Shown here in pieces: positions 32,621 through 43,817 of a stretch of DNA of 64,000 nt (position 1 is the first letter of the stretch; each line of letters opens with the position of its first letter). This DNA comes from Synechococcales cyanobacterium VAR_4_metabat_354 (GTDB lineage: Bacteria; Cyanobacteriota; Cyanobacteriia; Cyanobacteriales; Chamaesiphonaceae): assembly GCA_031414775.1 (NCBI GenBank), contig JANOQI010000035.1, forward strand, positions 1 through 64,000, read 5' to 3'. Under the pieces are notes generated by a model. The model was not told the origin of the DNA, searched no databases, and worked only from the letters and a program-made list of their open reading frames with translations. Position numbers and translations under genes: made by a program.

Positions 32621-33664
32621 ATGGAAGACAAAATTTCTGATGCCTGTATTGGTAAATCTCAGGTGCTAATGCCGCCGAGCGAGCTGAAAACCAATCTGCC
32701 GCTTACCCCTGAGCTAGAGCGAAAAATCCTTAGCTATCGATCGCAGATTAAAAATATCCTCGATTTTCAAGACCGCCGCAAGTTCATTGTGGTCGGACCT
32801 TGTTCGATCCATGACACGAAGGCGGCGATTGAGTATGCCCATCGGCTTAAACAATTGTCCGATCGAGTGTCGGACAAATTGTTACTAATTATGCGGGTCT
32901 ACTTCGAGAAACCGCGTACCACCGTCGGTTGGAAGGGTTTGATCAATGACCCGGACTTGGATGATTCCTTCGATGTCGAGAAAGGAATGCAAGTGGGGCG
33001 GCAATTGCTGCTCGATATTACCGAAATTGGTTTGCCCACCGCTACCGAAGCCCTTGATCCGATCGTCCCCCAATACATCGGCGATTTAATTTCTTGGGCA
33101 GCGATCGGTGCCCGTACTACTGAGTCTCAAACCCACCGGGAAATGGCCAGTGGTCTTTCCATGCCAGTTGGCTTCAAAAATGGTACCGATGGCAGCATTA
33201 AAGTAGCTCTCAACGCTTTGCAGTCGGCGATGCAACCCCATAATTTCCTGGGTATCAATCAACAGGGGCAGGTCAGTGTTTTTCAGACTACTGGCAATGC
33301 TTATGGCCATGTAATTTTACGCGGTGGCGAAAGCAAGCCCAACTATGACTCGGTGAGTGTTGGTGCAGTAGAAATGGCTCTGAAAAAAGCTGGGATGGCA
33401 CCGCGCATTGTGATTGACTGTAGCCACGGTAATTCCAATAAAGATTATCGGTTGCAGCCGATCGTTATGGAAAGTGTGATTCAGCAGATTGTGAATGGTA
33501 ATACTTCGACAGTGGGCTTGATGTTAGAGTCTCACCTGTCAGAAGGCAGCCAATCGATTCCGGCGGATTTGAGTCAGTTGCAGTATGGGGTGTCGGTGAC
33601 GGACAAGTGTATCAACTGGGCGGAAACAGAACGGATTATTCTGGCGGCATTCGATCGACTGTAA
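32621..33664 (+). CDS. 3-deoxy-7-phosphoheptulonate (DAHP) synthase, class I-alpha (AroF/G/H-type)
   Basis: VVGPCSIHD, MRVYFEKPRTTVGWKGLINDP, AIGARTTESQTHRE, GFKNGTDG, DCSHGNS, YGVSVTDKC; ATG 32621 (in-frame TTG at 32576). Confidence 0.95.
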   Translation: MEDKISDACIGKSQVLMPPSELKTNLPLTPELERKILSYRSQIKNILDFQDRRKFIVVGPCSIHDTKAAIEYAHRLKQLSDRVSDKLLLIMRVYFEKPRTTVGWKGLINDPDLDDSFDVEKGMQVGRQLLLDITEIGLPTATEALDPIVPQYIGDLISWAAIGARTTESQTHREMASGLSMPVGFKNGTDGSIKVALNALQSAMQPHNFLGINQQGQVSVFQTTGNAYGHVILRGGESKPNYDSVSVGAVEMALKKAGMAPRIVIDCSHGNSNKDYRLQPIVMESVIQQIVNGNTSTVGLMLESHLSEGSQSIPADLSQLQYGVSVTDKCINWAETERIILAAFDRL

Positions 33665-34934
33665 GCTGTTGATGTGAATTTTTATTAATTCCCTGCTGGG
33701 CAATCAAAGCCGTCCCATAAGCAGCATCTTGGTGTCTGGCTGTCAGCATTGGCACTTGTAGTTGCCGCTGGCGAATCTCCTGCCAAACCAAGTTCTTAGC
33801 ACCACCCCCAGCGCTGTAAACAGCCGTCAGAGGATGGGCACCCAATTTTTGCAACAGCTTGTAGCCTTGCGCTTCAATGCGAGCCATGCCAGTCAGTAAA
33901 CCTGCTAAAAACTCCACATCTTGCGTTGGTCGCGGAGTGATGCAGGGCGGTAACTCTGGGTCATTAACTGGAAAACGCTCTCCTGGACGCAAAAGCGGAT
34001 AGTAATCTAAATCGGTGGAGAGCTGAGGATCGATAACTTGGCTCAAATCAGCCAACTCTTGATCGCTAAAAAAGTGCCGTAACACCGCGCCTCCCGTATT
34101 AGAAGCTCCACCCACCAGCCATAAATCCCCCCAACGGTGGCTATAAATGCCATACTGCGCCTGATCGATCGGCTGCTCACTCAACAACTTCAACACCAGC
34201 GTAGAACCCAAAGAAGTCACCGCCTGACCAGGTTGATGAGCGCCAGCCGCCGCAAAAGCGGCAATGCTATCGGTGGTACCGGTACAGACTAGGCAGCCTG
34301 AAGATAATCCCAATTGCTGCGCGACTGCCGGTAACACTACTGCCACCGGCTGACCGGGGGTGAGAACCTGCGGCAATAGAGGAAAAAAGCTGGTGGCGCT
34401 TAACCAATCTGGATAACGTAAATTAACCACGTCATAGCCCAATTTCAGGGCATTATGATAATCACTCACGCCCAGTTGACCATGCAGCAAAGCAGCTAAC
34501 CAATCAGCTTGGTGCAGAAAATAATGGGCTTTGGCAAAGTAAGGCTGTTGGGAATACCACCATAATTTGGTAAAGCTAGAGGTTGCACTAACTGCCGAAT
34601 GCTCCGCTGGAGAAATTTTTCTGACTTGTTCTAACCCAATTTTGCCCCGGTCATCGTTGTACAGTAATGGCTCCCCCAGCACCTGACCAGCACTGTCACA
34701 CAGCAACACTGTCGAAGAAGTTCCATCGATCGCCATCCGGCCAATATTATTTTTGATTTCTGAGGGGATTCGATCGATCAACTGCCATAAGGTTTGTGCC
34801 CAAACCTGATCTATTGACTGAAGAGATGCTACAAATGGCTGACTATCTGACCAGCAGATATTACAATCGTTATCAATTACAGCCAATCGAGCACCGGATG
34901 TGCCAAAATCTATTCCCAGAGATAGTTGCATCAA
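33636..34934 (-). CDS. FGGY-family carbohydrate kinase (ribulose/xylulose kinase-like)
   Basis: GIDFGTSGAR, DGTSST, HQADW, SDYHNALKLGYD, GTTDSIAAF, SLGSTL, GGASNTGG. Confidence 0.9.
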   Translation of the reverse strand: MMQLSLGIDFGTSGARLAVIDNDCNICWSDSQPFVASLQSIDQVWAQTLWQLIDRIPSEIKNNIGRMAIDGTSSTVLLCDSAGQVLGEPLLYNDDRGKIGLEQVRKISPAEHSAVSATSSFTKLWWYSQQPYFAKAHYFLHQADWLAALLHGQLGVSDYHNALKLGYDVVNLRYPDWLSATSFFPLLPQVLTPGQPVAVVLPAVAQQLGLSSGCLVCTGTTDSIAAFAAAGAHQPGQAVTSLGSTLVLKLLSEQPIDQAQYGIYSHRWGDLWLVGGASNTGGAVLRHFFSDQELADLSQVIDPQLSTDLDYYPLLRPGERFPVNDPELPPCITPRPTQDVEFLAGLLTGMARIEAQGYKLLQKLGAHPLTAVYSAGGGAKNLVWQEIRQRQLQVPMLTARHQDAAYGTALIAQQGINKNSHQQLTVDRMPPE

Positions 34935-34951
34935 TTTGAATATCTCTAATA

Positions 34952-34967
34952 TGTATCTAAAGTTACA
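34952..34967. promoter_or_regulatory. NtcA-binding site upstream of glnB
   Basis: Perfect TGTA-TCTAAAGT-TACA (GTA-N8-TAC at 34953-34966) with AT-rich flanks; glnB is an established NtcA target. Confidence 0.8.
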
Positions 34968-35039
34968 AAAATATCGCTAACAAGAGTGTTAAAAAGCTGT
35001 TATTAGCTAACAAATAAAATTTTAAGACCTTATAGGTAA

Positions 35040-35399
<360 letters not shown>

Positions 35400-35440
35400 T
35401 CCATTCTCAATTGCTAGATCTTGAAAATAAAAATTTAAAG

Positions 35441-35467
35441 AAGCCTGGTTGCAAGACCAGGCTTTTT
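35441..35467 (+). terminator. Intrinsic terminator after glnB
   Basis: AAGCCTGGT-TGCAAG-ACCAGGCTT followed by TTT. Confidence 0.8.
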
Positions 35468-35545
35468 GCTAAAACCAATAAGCCCCAATTGGCGGATCGC
35501 TAAACCTTATAATGGCGATTGATAACGTTCGATCGGCCATCACTT

Positions 35546-36649
35546 ATGGAAGCTACGATTCGGGTAGAATTACCCACCAGTCAATACAATGTGACCATTC
35601 AGCCCCGAGGATTACAGCAGCTGGGTCAACATTGCCAGCAGCTCAAACTAGGCAAAAAGATCGTAGTGGTTTCCAATCCGGTGATTTTCAAGCATTATGG
35701 TCAGACAGTTCTAGATTCTTTAGCAGCGGCTGGTTTTGTAGTTACTACTTGCCTTCTGCCCGCTGGGGAGCGTTATAAAACACTCGCCTCGATCCAAAAA
35801 ATATACGATGTGGCCATAGGTCAACGTCTAGAGCGATCCTCGACGATCCTAGCCTTAGGTGGCGGTGTCATTGGTGACATGACCGGCTTTGCGGCATCTT
35901 CCTGGCTCCGGGGGATCAACTTTATTCAAGTTCCCACTACCCTATTGGCAATGGTTGATGCTTCAATCGGCGGTAAAACTGGTGTGAACCACCCCCAAGG
36001 TAAAAACCTGATTGGTGCATTTTATCAGCCGCGCTTGGTGATGATCGATCCCGAAGTATTAAAAACTTTACCCAGTCGCGAATGGCGAGCGGGGATGGCC
36101 GAAGTAATTAAGTACGGGATCATTTGGGATGCAGAACTATTTCAGATGCTAGAGCAAGCGGGTAAACTCGATAGGTTGTCTCAAGTGAGTCCCAATTTAT
36201 TGGCCGAGATTCTGCGCCGCTCGGCTCAATCGAAGGTAGACGTGGTGAGCCAAGACGAAAAAGAAAGCGGCATCCGAGCAATCCTCAACTACGGTCACAC
36301 CATTGGCCATGCGATCGAGAGTTTAACTGGCTACAAAGTAGTCAACCATGGAGAAGCCGTGGCCATCGGCATGGTTGCAGCTAGCGAGCTAGCAGTGAAA
36401 GCACAGTTATGGACAAATGCCGATGCAGCTCGCCAAAACGCTGTGATTAAAAACACTAGATTACCTATCTTGCTGCCATCGGGGATCAACATCGACGAGA
36501 TAGTTGCAGCATTGTCTCTAGATAAAAAAGTGCAAGCTGGTCAAGTGCGTTTCATTATGCCGACTAAAATTGGGGCGGCGATTGTAACCGATCAAATCAC
36601 TAATCAAGATATTAGAGATGTTTTGCAGTCTATAGACTCGATGGATTAA
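35546..36649 (+). CDS. aroB: 3-dehydroquinate synthase
   Basis: [55 protein letters not shown]. Confidence 0.97.
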   Translation: MEATIRVELPTSQYNVTIQPRGLQQLGQHCQQLKLGKKIVVVSNPVIFKHYGQTVLDSLAAAGFVVTTCLLPAGERYKTLASIQKIYDVAIGQRLERSSTILALGGGVIGDMTGFAASSWLRGINFIQVPTTLLAMVDASIGGKTGVNHPQGKNLIGAFYQPRLVMIDPEVLKTLPSREWRAGMAEVIKYGIIWDAELFQMLEQAGKLDRLSQVSPNLLAEILRRSAQSKVDVVSQDEKESGIRAILNYGHTIGHAIESLTGYKVVNHGEAVAIGMVAASELAVKAQLWTNADAARQNAVIKNTRLPILLPSGINIDEIVAALSLDKKVQAGQVRFIMPTKIGAAIVTDQITNQDIRDVLQSIDSMD

Positions 36650-36903
36650 ATGACAAACTCACCACATTCATCGGCCAAATAGCATAAGGCTCGCCAGCGT
36701 AAGCCTGTCAACTGTTCGTAGAAAGGGTTGAGCTTGCACAATGGTGGAATATGAAAAAGATGGCGGCCAAATAGACTGACATTTCGCTCGAAGGGACATT
36801 GGGCAGGAATGATGTTGCAAAGCCAGCGAGCTAGCTCTGGACTAGTAATTTCTAAATTGTCTAAATAGCGTTGTACTAGCAAAAGTAAGTTGAAAATCTG
36901 CAT
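36646..36903 (-). CDS. 'Mo-dependent nitrogenase C-terminal' domain small protein (not a nitrogenase subunit)
   Basis: [39 protein letters not shown]. Confidence 0.88.
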   Translation of the reverse strand: MQIFNLLLLVQRYLDNLEITSPELARWLCNIIPAQCPFERNVSLFGRHLFHIPPLCKLNPFYEQLTGLRWRALCYLADECGEFVI

Positions 36904-37099
36904 AGAGATTACGGCGTAAATTCTTTTTCATTTCACTAAATGTGCCATTCCAGTAAACCAAACAGGTTTCGGTGGTTTATAGCTACATGTTTATCCGACC
37001 TTTAATATATATTTATTGTGCCCGCAGATTATGTATCGAAGCACACCAAACTTAATTATTTTTTAAGGTTCTTGTCCTAAGTTGTTTTGAATACCCCAT

Positions 37100-38284
37100 T
37101 TAGTGGATATCTGAAACCGACGTCCTAGAACCGAAATCGTGTTGAGACCGATCTTTCGTCATATTGGGAGAGCTATTGTCAGATGAAGAATATTTGGCAA
37201 TGGAATGGCTACGATGTCCTAAAAACCGCTTTTCGACTAGATGCCACATCGCGATTGCCCCAGCGGTAGTAGCGATCATAACCGTGGCCAAGAAAAGCCA
37301 AGGCTGGTGTTGGAACCAGCCAAAATGCAGAATAGTCTGGATGATCGGGTAATGTAGAATGTAGATGCCGTAAGAAAAATCGCCATAATTTCCAAAGTCA
37401 CCCATGTAGAAGAATAGACCCAAAAAGATCACAACAGTGGCCAGGGCAAAGGGTTCTAGTGGTGGCAACGGAAAGTTAATATTGATAGCAAGAACTAATA
37501 ATGCTGTTGCTAAGAAGTATTTAACATGGCGCTCAAAGAACGGTAAAAAGTAATAGAAAAAGGCACCAGCCATGAAGTAAGAAAGCTGACCTGGTAATTG
37601 ACGGCTAAGTTCTTCGTAGATCCCCCTATCAGTGCGTTCTGCTACGGCTTCCAAGATTTCGGCGTAAGCGACGGATGAGCAGTAGACCAGGATCAGCACA
37701 GGTAGACGAGCAAACTTCCGAAATAAGAACACCAGAACAGGAACAGTCAGATAAAACATGACCTCAATTTTGATTGTCCATAGCGAAGCGTTAATGTCGG
37801 GAAGATTATTGTTCTCAAAGACGCCAGGAAGTTCGGGCTGTAATAAATTGAGAAAAGTAAGGTTGCTAAAAACGTACTTAATCCATTCAAATGAGAAATA
37901 TTCTCCAATGCTCTTGGAACTGACAGTGCATAAAAGTACTGCACAGAGTATTACTACTGTGAAATAGGCTGGGTAGATGCGTCGGATACGCTTGCGGATG
38001 TAAGTCATTAGGGATGATGACCGTTCAAAACTCATGAAGATCAAAAAACCACTGACCACAAAAAAAGCTTTCACGGTGACTGCTGATGACACAAAGCTAG
38101 AAACCACCCCAATCTGTTTAAATCCAGACAGGTAAGAAGCGTGAGATACGCACACCGCTACGGCTAATAATAGTCGAAGTAAGTCAAAGTTATTTTGTGC
38201 TAACCGATGATGAGTATGCTGCGACAATTTAATCTCTCCCGAATTTGGCACTTTATTGGTTGAGCCTAACATCTCAATTAACAC
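37100..38284 (-). CDS. Acyltransferase family 3 (OafA/OatA-like membrane O-acyltransferase)
   Basis: NNFDLLRL, FFVVSGFLI, RIRRIYP, NASLWTIKIE, DFSYGIYILHYP, WHLVEKRF; exact start uncertain. Confidence 0.9.
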   Translation of the reverse strand: MLIEMLGSTNKVPNSGEIKLSQHTHHRLAQNNFDLLRLLLAVAVCVSHASYLSGFKQIGVVSSFVSSAVTVKAFFVVSGFLIFMSFERSSSLMTYIRKRIRRIYPAYFTVVILCAVLLCTVSSKSIGEYFSFEWIKYVFSNLTFLNLLQPELPGVFENNNLPDINASLWTIKIEVMFYLTVPVLVFLFRKFARLPVLILVYCSSVAYAEILEAVAERTDRGIYEELSRQLPGQLSYFMAGAFFYYFLPFFERHVKYFLATALLVLAININFPLPPLEPFALATVVIFLGLFFYMGDFGNYGDFSYGIYILHYPIIQTILHFGWFQHQPWLFLATVMIATTAGAIAMWHLVEKRFLGHRSHSIAKYSSSDNSSPNMTKDRSQHDFGSRTSVSDIH

Positions 38285-38632
38285 TTGTCAGAATATACAT
38301 ATCAGACAGTATTTCTAAACCGCCATAATGTAAGTATTGAAAAGCGTCTTGTAGATTGAGTTGTCGATCGATCAGCAAAAGCTGGAAATAAAATTGGGTA
38401 GATTTAAGGCAGTGACAGGATTCATCACTCTAACTGTGAGTGCTGGGGGTAGCTGAACTAAAGACATTGGGTAAAATCGCCATGTTACTAAATGATAGTA
38501 ATTGATATACTAAACAGGCGTACAAGGTTCAGAGTGTATTAAAATTAACTCTGATAACCATAACAAAGTCAAATTCAGTTATACAATTCACCCTAGCTAT
38601 TCCCGCAGTACCAAAACCAATTGTCTTTGAAT

Positions 38633-40000
38633 ATGATGAAAAAAAAATTGTTATTAATTGGTCTCTGTCTAGCTCCGATCGCTGCCTTAGTGCTGATTCC
38701 TAATATAAAAATTGATCATCATGCTACTATTGCCAACCAAAAGCAGGAGGCAAATTTAGAAGTACAAGAATTTGGTGAAGCATCAGCTGTAGCTGGTAGT
38801 CTAGGTCGAAAGTATTATGTTGACAGTGCTAAAGGTAATGATTCTAATACTGGAACTACTGAAGCTCAGGCTTTTAAAACAATCCAGCAGGCCAATCAAA
38901 GAGTTGGGGCTGGTGACACCATCTATGTGAAAAATGGTACTTACAATGAAAATGTAACCATCAAAGCGTCTGGGAAATCAAATAATTGGATTACTTTTCA
39001 AGCTTTTCCTGGACACAAACCATTCGTAATGGGTTCTCAGGAAGCTTTTAAAGTTCAAGGTAACTACATCAAAATTATCGGATTTGAAATTACTTCTAAA
39101 GCTGAAAATGGAATTAATATCTATAAAAAAGAGGGTGTGACTCACCACGTACAGATATTAAAAAATAATATTCACGACTCTGGCTGCAACGGCATTGGTG
39201 GCGGGAAAGTAGATTACCTGCTAATTGAAGGTAACACGACTTACAAAAATGCTTTTACCGCACCTTGGCAATGTAGTGGAATCACTTTATATCAGGCTTT
39301 TAACTTTGATGATAAGCCAGGATTTCATAATATAATTAGAGGAAATGTTTCTTACTCTAATGAGAATAAAGTGCTTCCATCTGGTGGGAAAGAAATAACC
39401 GATGGAAACGGCATTATCATCGACGATTTTAGAGCTACTCAAAAACGCGATGAGCCACAGTCGAAGTATCGATCAGCGACTTTAGTGGAAAACAATATCG
39501 TTTTTGATAATGGTGGGCGAGGAATTCATGTTTTCCAAAGTGATAAAGTGGTAGTGAGAAACAACACTTCTTTTCAGAACTTGAAATCCAAGAACTTAGT
39601 TGGAGGATTTGCCAATAATGGGGAGATGAATTCATCTTTCTCTGATGGCTCATCATTTTACAATAATATTGTTTATGCAAAAGACAAGTCTAGAGTTGCA
39701 TTCTTAGACAACAATTCTAATGGTAATAATAAGTGGGATTATAACTTGTCTTATAAAGGGATAATTAAAGTGGGTAAGGATAAGTCCAATGCCATCTTGG
39801 GTAAAAATAATTTGATTGATACAGACCCATTATTTATTAATCCATCGATTGTTGCTGGCAAGGCGAATTTTCGATTGAAAGCTAGTAGCCCTGCCATAAA
39901 TTCAGGGACATCCATCAGTACTGCTCTGACTGATATTGAAGCTAGAAAAAGACCCATCGGTGACAAATACGATATGGGCGCTTATGAAATGAAATTCTAG
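38633..40000 (+). CDS. Secreted right-handed parallel beta-helix protein (DUF1565/pectate-lyase-like fold, choice-of-anchor-Q-like C-terminus)
   Basis: Signal peptide; YYVDS..GNDSNTG...FKTIQ, GDTIYVKNGTY, TDGNGIIID, NNIVFDNGGRGI, FRLKASSPAINSG...DMGAYE. Confidence 0.85.
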   Translation: MMKKKLLLIGLCLAPIAALVLIPNIKIDHHATIANQKQEANLEVQEFGEASAVAGSLGRKYYVDSAKGNDSNTGTTEAQAFKTIQQANQRVGAGDTIYVKNGTYNENVTIKASGKSNNWITFQAFPGHKPFVMGSQEAFKVQGNYIKIIGFEITSKAENGINIYKKEGVTHHVQILKNNIHDSGCNGIGGGKVDYLLIEGNTTYKNAFTAPWQCSGITLYQAFNFDDKPGFHNIIRGNVSYSNENKVLPSGGKEITDGNGIIIDDFRATQKRDEPQSKYRSATLVENNIVFDNGGRGIHVFQSDKVVVRNNTSFQNLKSKNLVGGFANNGEMNSSFSDGSSFYNNIVYAKDKSRVAFLDNNSNGNNKWDYNLSYKGIIKVGKDKSNAILGKNNLIDTDPLFINPSIVAGKANFRLKASSPAINSGTSISTALTDIEARKRPIGDKYDMGAYEMKF

Positions 40001-40008
40001 AACTTTCT

Positions 40009-40668
40009 TTAAGTGGAATTTCCATCGATACCAGCGATCGCAACTACGGCTACACCCCAGACTTTGATGCCAGCTGCTTGTAAGACTTGGCTAGTAGCTG
40101 ATATGGTGGCTCCGGTCGTATAGATATCGTCAATTAGGAGCACGGATTTTCCGGCTAGTTTGTGGCGGGGATCTAACTGAAAGGCATCTTGTAAATTGCG
40201 TTGTCGATCGATCGGTGAGAGCTGAAACTGAGCTTGGGTAGATTTAGTCCGCTGAAGAGATTCGTCGATCGGGAGGCGGGTCTGCTGACAAAAGCCTTGA
40301 GCAATCAGAGTAGCTTGATTAAAACCTCGCTCGCGTTGCTTGTCCCGATGCAATGGGATCGGCATCACCCGCAATTGTTGCTGTCTTGGATAGCACTCCA
40401 ACCAAGCAATTCCCAGTAAGCTACCTAAATGATGACCTAACTCGGGATGATGTTGGTATTTACAAGCGGCGATTGTTCGTTTGAGTACGCCGCCGTAATT
40501 TCCCCAAGCCAAAACACTGTTTTGGGATTGAATTTTTTGCTCTAGTTGGGTGGCGAGGAGTTGGCGCTGACAGTAAAGGCAGAGAGGATCAGTGGTTGAT
40601 CGATCGCACAGCGGACAGGGCGGCTTGAGGAAGAAATTCAGGAATGGTTGTAATATTCGCATCAACAA
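40009..40668 (-). CDS. comF: ComF family amidophosphoribosyltransferase-like protein
   Basis: CPLC..CLYC Zn finger, PIPLH, RGFNQA, LLIDDIYTTGAT. Confidence 0.9.
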   Translation of the reverse strand: MLMRILQPFLNFFLKPPCPLCDRSTTDPLCLYCQRQLLATQLEQKIQSQNSVLAWGNYGGVLKRTIAACKYQHHPELGHHLGSLLGIAWLECYPRQQQLRVMPIPLHRDKQRERGFNQATLIAQGFCQQTRLPIDESLQRTKSTQAQFQLSPIDRQRNLQDAFQLDPRHKLAGKSVLLIDDIYTTGATISATSQVLQAAGIKVWGVAVVAIAGIDGNST

Positions 40669-40702
40669 AAATTAGCTTCCTTAACCTGCCTGACGATGAG
40701 CT

Positions 40703-41533
40703 TTAGACTAAATCCCGATCAGTCAAAATCTCATAGCCGTCTTTGGTAACTAACACCGTATGCTCAAACTGTGCTGACAGAGACTTGTCCAAAGTGACTG
40801 CCGTCCACTTATCACCCAAGATTTTTACTTTATTAGAACCCTGGTTGATGATTGGTTCGATCGCAATCACCATCCCTTCGCGTAACTTGACATTAGGTAG
40901 CTCCCGAGTACGGAAGTTAAAGACAGCTGGTTCTTCATGGAGGTTGCGACCCACTCCATGACCAGTAAAATCTTCTACGACCGTACAGCCGTTAGCTTCT
41001 ACATAGTCCTGGATGGCACCAGCCAAATCCATCAAATAAGCTCCAGCTTTAACTTGTTCGATGCCCTTGTACAAAGCTCCTTCTGCTACCTTCATCAAAT
41101 GAGTAGCCTTATCGGATATCGGCCCTACCCCAATAGTGATACAGGAATCTCCGTGAAAACCCTGAAAGAAAGCGCCAGTATCAACTTTTAAAACATCGCC
41201 ATTCCGAATCACTTTCTTGGGGCTAGGAATGCCATGGACAACTTCATTGTTGATACTGGAGCAGATCGAGGCGGGAAAGCCTTGGTAGCCCTTGAAGCTA
41301 GGGGTAGCTCCCATTTCTCGAATCCGCTTTTCCGCATGAGCATCTAGATCGGCGGTAGTCATGCCGGGTTCCACCAGGGTCTGCATTTCTTTCAGCACCG
41401 TCGCGACAATTTTGGAGGCTTGACGCATGATTTCGATCTCGCGCGCCGATTTTATCTCAATACCACGTCGCTGTTGTTTGGGCTGGGTCTTGGTTTGAGG
41501 ATTGGCTAGCAGTAGATCGCTGAAAATATTCAT
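40703..41533 (-). CDS. map: Methionine aminopeptidase type I
   Basis: [44 protein letters not shown]; start ATG 41533. Confidence 0.95.
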   Translation of the reverse strand: MNIFSDLLLANPQTKTQPKQQRRGIEIKSAREIEIMRQASKIVATVLKEMQTLVEPGMTTADLDAHAEKRIREMGATPSFKGYQGFPASICSSINNEVVHGIPSPKKVIRNGDVLKVDTGAFFQGFHGDSCITIGVGPISDKATHLMKVAEGALYKGIEQVKAGAYLMDLAGAIQDYVEANGCTVVEDFTGHGVGRNLHEEPAVFNFRTRELPNVKLREGMVIAIEPIINQGSNKVKILGDKWTAVTLDKSLSAQFEHTVLVTKDGYEILTDRDLV

Positions 41534-41574
41534 GGGCGAGGAGGTGTGATCGGTACAACTATTGTAACTTGGAT

Positions 41575-43374
41575 CTAACGGCTGGCCGATTTTTTGGCTA
41601 AGCCCAGCTGGACTCTCCACAAATTGGCGTAAATTTCCCCTTGATCGAGCAAGTCTTCGTGGGTTCCTCCTTCCACTACCTGGCCTTGTTCCATTACATA
41701 AATACAATGGGCATGACGGAGAGTGGAAAGACGGTGAGCGATCGAGATGGTGGTGCGATTTTGGGTAATGATTTCTAACGAGCGCTGAATCGCCGCCTCT
41801 GTTTCGTTATCGACCGCCGAGGTAGCTTCATCCAAGATCAAAATTGGCGGATCTTTGAGCACTGCTCGGGCAATGGCTAAGCGCTGGCGCTGACCACCAG
41901 ACAGCTTTTGACCCCGTTCACCGACCAGAGTGTCGTAGCCCTGGGGAAGTTTTTGGATGAACTCATGTGCCTCAGCAATTTTGGCTGCTTCCTGCACTTT
42001 GTCAAAGTTAATGTGGGGCATCCCGTAGGCAATGTTTTCACGGACAGTACCATGAAACAAAAATACATCTTGGCTCACTAAACCAATATTCCGGCGCAAG
42101 TCATAGGTATTTAATTCTCGGATATCGATGCCATCAACAGTGATTTTGCCATCTTGAATGTCGTACAAACGCAACAGGAGCTTGGCAATGGTACTTTTAC
42201 CAGAGCCAGTCGCTCCGACAATGCCGATCGTTTTACCAGCGGGAACCATCATCGACAGTGACCGGAAGAGTTTGGGGTTGCCTTCGTAAGCAAATGCCAC
42301 ATCATCAAAAATCACCTCACCACGCACTTGATCGATCGTCTTGGTGCCACTATTTTCGATAGTTTTGTTGGTGTTCAGCAGTTCCATTACTCTTTTTACC
42401 GAAGCCATCGAGCGTTGGTACAAGTCCAATGTTTCGCCCAGTCTGGTTAATGGCCACAGTAGGCGCTGCGTGAGGAAGACCAAGATGCTATAAACGGCTA
42501 CCGGTAAATTACCATTGACGGTCTCAAAACCACCATAGAGCAGCGTGGCCGTAAAACCACACAATACTAAAATCCGAATTAGAGGTACAAAAGCCGAGCT
42601 AATCGTGATTGCTTTACGGTTACTTTGGCGATAGAACTCACTCTCTAGAGCAATTCGCCGCTGTTCATAAACTTCGGTGGTAAAGCTTTTGATGGTGGTA
42701 ATCCCACCCAAATTATTAGACAACTGACTGTTCAGCATCCCGGCTTTTTCGCGGACATCGGCGTAATAAGGAGCCAACTTATCTTGAAACCAAATCGAAC
42801 CAAAAATAATAAAAGGGATGGGGATCACGGCAAACCAAGCCACTTGTGGTGCTAGAAAAAAGAAAGTCCCACCGATTGCTAGTACCGACACAGTCATCTG
42901 AATTATTTCATTGGCTCCACCATTCAAAAAACGTTCCAATTGGTTGATGTCATCGTTCAGAATCGACATCAAGTTACCAGTACTGGTGTTTTCAAAATAG
43001 GCTAAATCCATATCTTGCAGGTGACTATAGGCATCCAACCGCATTTCATGCTGAATATTTTGAGCAAAGTTCCGCCAGAGATGATTGGCAAAATACTGAG
43101 AAAGAGATTCTAAACCCCAAATCACCACAGTGATCCCGGTTAGTAGATACAATTGCTGAGAAACTTCTGGAAAACCCAAACTCGCCAAAAAAGACTGTTT
43201 TTGCCTTACCACCACATCGACAGCGGCACCAATTAGCACTTCGGGGGCAATGTCAAAAATTTTGTTCGCGATCGAGGCTACTATCGCTTGATTACTGGAT
43301 AGTTTGTAGTTGGCGCCGTATTTTATTAACTGCTGTAGTGGTTCAGCTTGCTTGAAGGGTTTTGATTCAGCCAT
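41575..43374 (-). CDS. ABC exporter, fused permease/ATP-binding protein
   Basis: N-terminal TM domain; [30 protein letters not shown]. Confidence 0.93.
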   Translation of the reverse strand: MAESKPFKQAEPLQQLIKYGANYKLSSNQAIVASIANKIFDIAPEVLIGAAVDVVVRQKQSFLASLGFPEVSQQLYLLTGITVVIWGLESLSQYFANHLWRNFAQNIQHEMRLDAYSHLQDMDLAYFENTSTGNLMSILNDDINQLERFLNGGANEIIQMTVSVLAIGGTFFFLAPQVAWFAVIPIPFIIFGSIWFQDKLAPYYADVREKAGMLNSQLSNNLGGITTIKSFTTEVYEQRRIALESEFYRQSNRKAITISSAFVPLIRILVLCGFTATLLYGGFETVNGNLPVAVYSILVFLTQRLLWPLTRLGETLDLYQRSMASVKRVMELLNTNKTIENSGTKTIDQVRGEVIFDDVAFAYEGNPKLFRSLSMMVPAGKTIGIVGATGSGKSTIAKLLLRLYDIQDGKITVDGIDIRELNTYDLRRNIGLVSQDVFLFHGTVRENIAYGMPHINFDKVQEAAKIAEAHEFIQKLPQGYDTLVGERGQKLSGGQRQRLAIARAVLKDPPILILDEATSAVDNETEAAIQRSLEIITQNRTTISIAHRLSTLRHAHCIYVMEQGQVVEGGTHEDLLDQGEIYANLWRVQLGLAKKSASR

Positions 43375-43449
43375 ATATTTATTTGAAAAAGTTAGAGCTG
43401 TGATGCTATTATACTTAGTTGCACAATTCGCTAAAATTTGGGAGTATTC

Positions 43450-43719
43450 ATGTCCTTAACGCAAGAGCGTAAACAAGAGATCATGTCGGAGCATCAGCGC
43501 CACGCTACTGACACTGGTTCTGCTGATTTACAAGTTGCCATGCTCACTGATCGGATTAACCGTTTGAGCCTACACCTGAAGACCAACAAGAGCGACCATG
43601 CTTCACGCCGGGGTCTGCTGCAAATGATCAGTAATCGCAAGCGTTTACTAGCTTATATCCAAAGGGAAGAACTGTCTCGTTATCAAGCTTTGATTGCTCA
43701 ACTGGGTATTCGGGGTTAG
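43450..43719 (+). CDS. rpsO: 30S ribosomal protein S15
   Basis: DTGSADLQVA, DHASRRGLL, LGIRG. Confidence 0.98.
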   Translation: MSLTQERKQEIMSEHQRHATDTGSADLQVAMLTDRINRLSLHLKTNKSDHASRRGLLQMISNRKRLLAYIQREELSRYQALIAQLGIRG

Positions 43720-43817
43720 GCGAACTAGGGAGTTCGCCACAGTTCAGTCGGACTCCCACTTCCATGATTATTGTTATATTTTAAAAAATCGTTAAATATC
43801 CTCAAGAAATTATAAAT

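Noticed and set aside
36646..36903. Evidence of nitrogen fixation from the 'Mo-dependent nitrogenase C-terminal' domain
   Set aside because: This domain name is a known misnomer for small cyanobacterial proteins; no nif genes are present here
43719..43738. Hairpin GGCGAACT-AGGG-AGTTCGCC after rpsO as a terminator or REP element
   Set aside because: No U-tract and no other copy found in the window; at most an mRNA stabiliser
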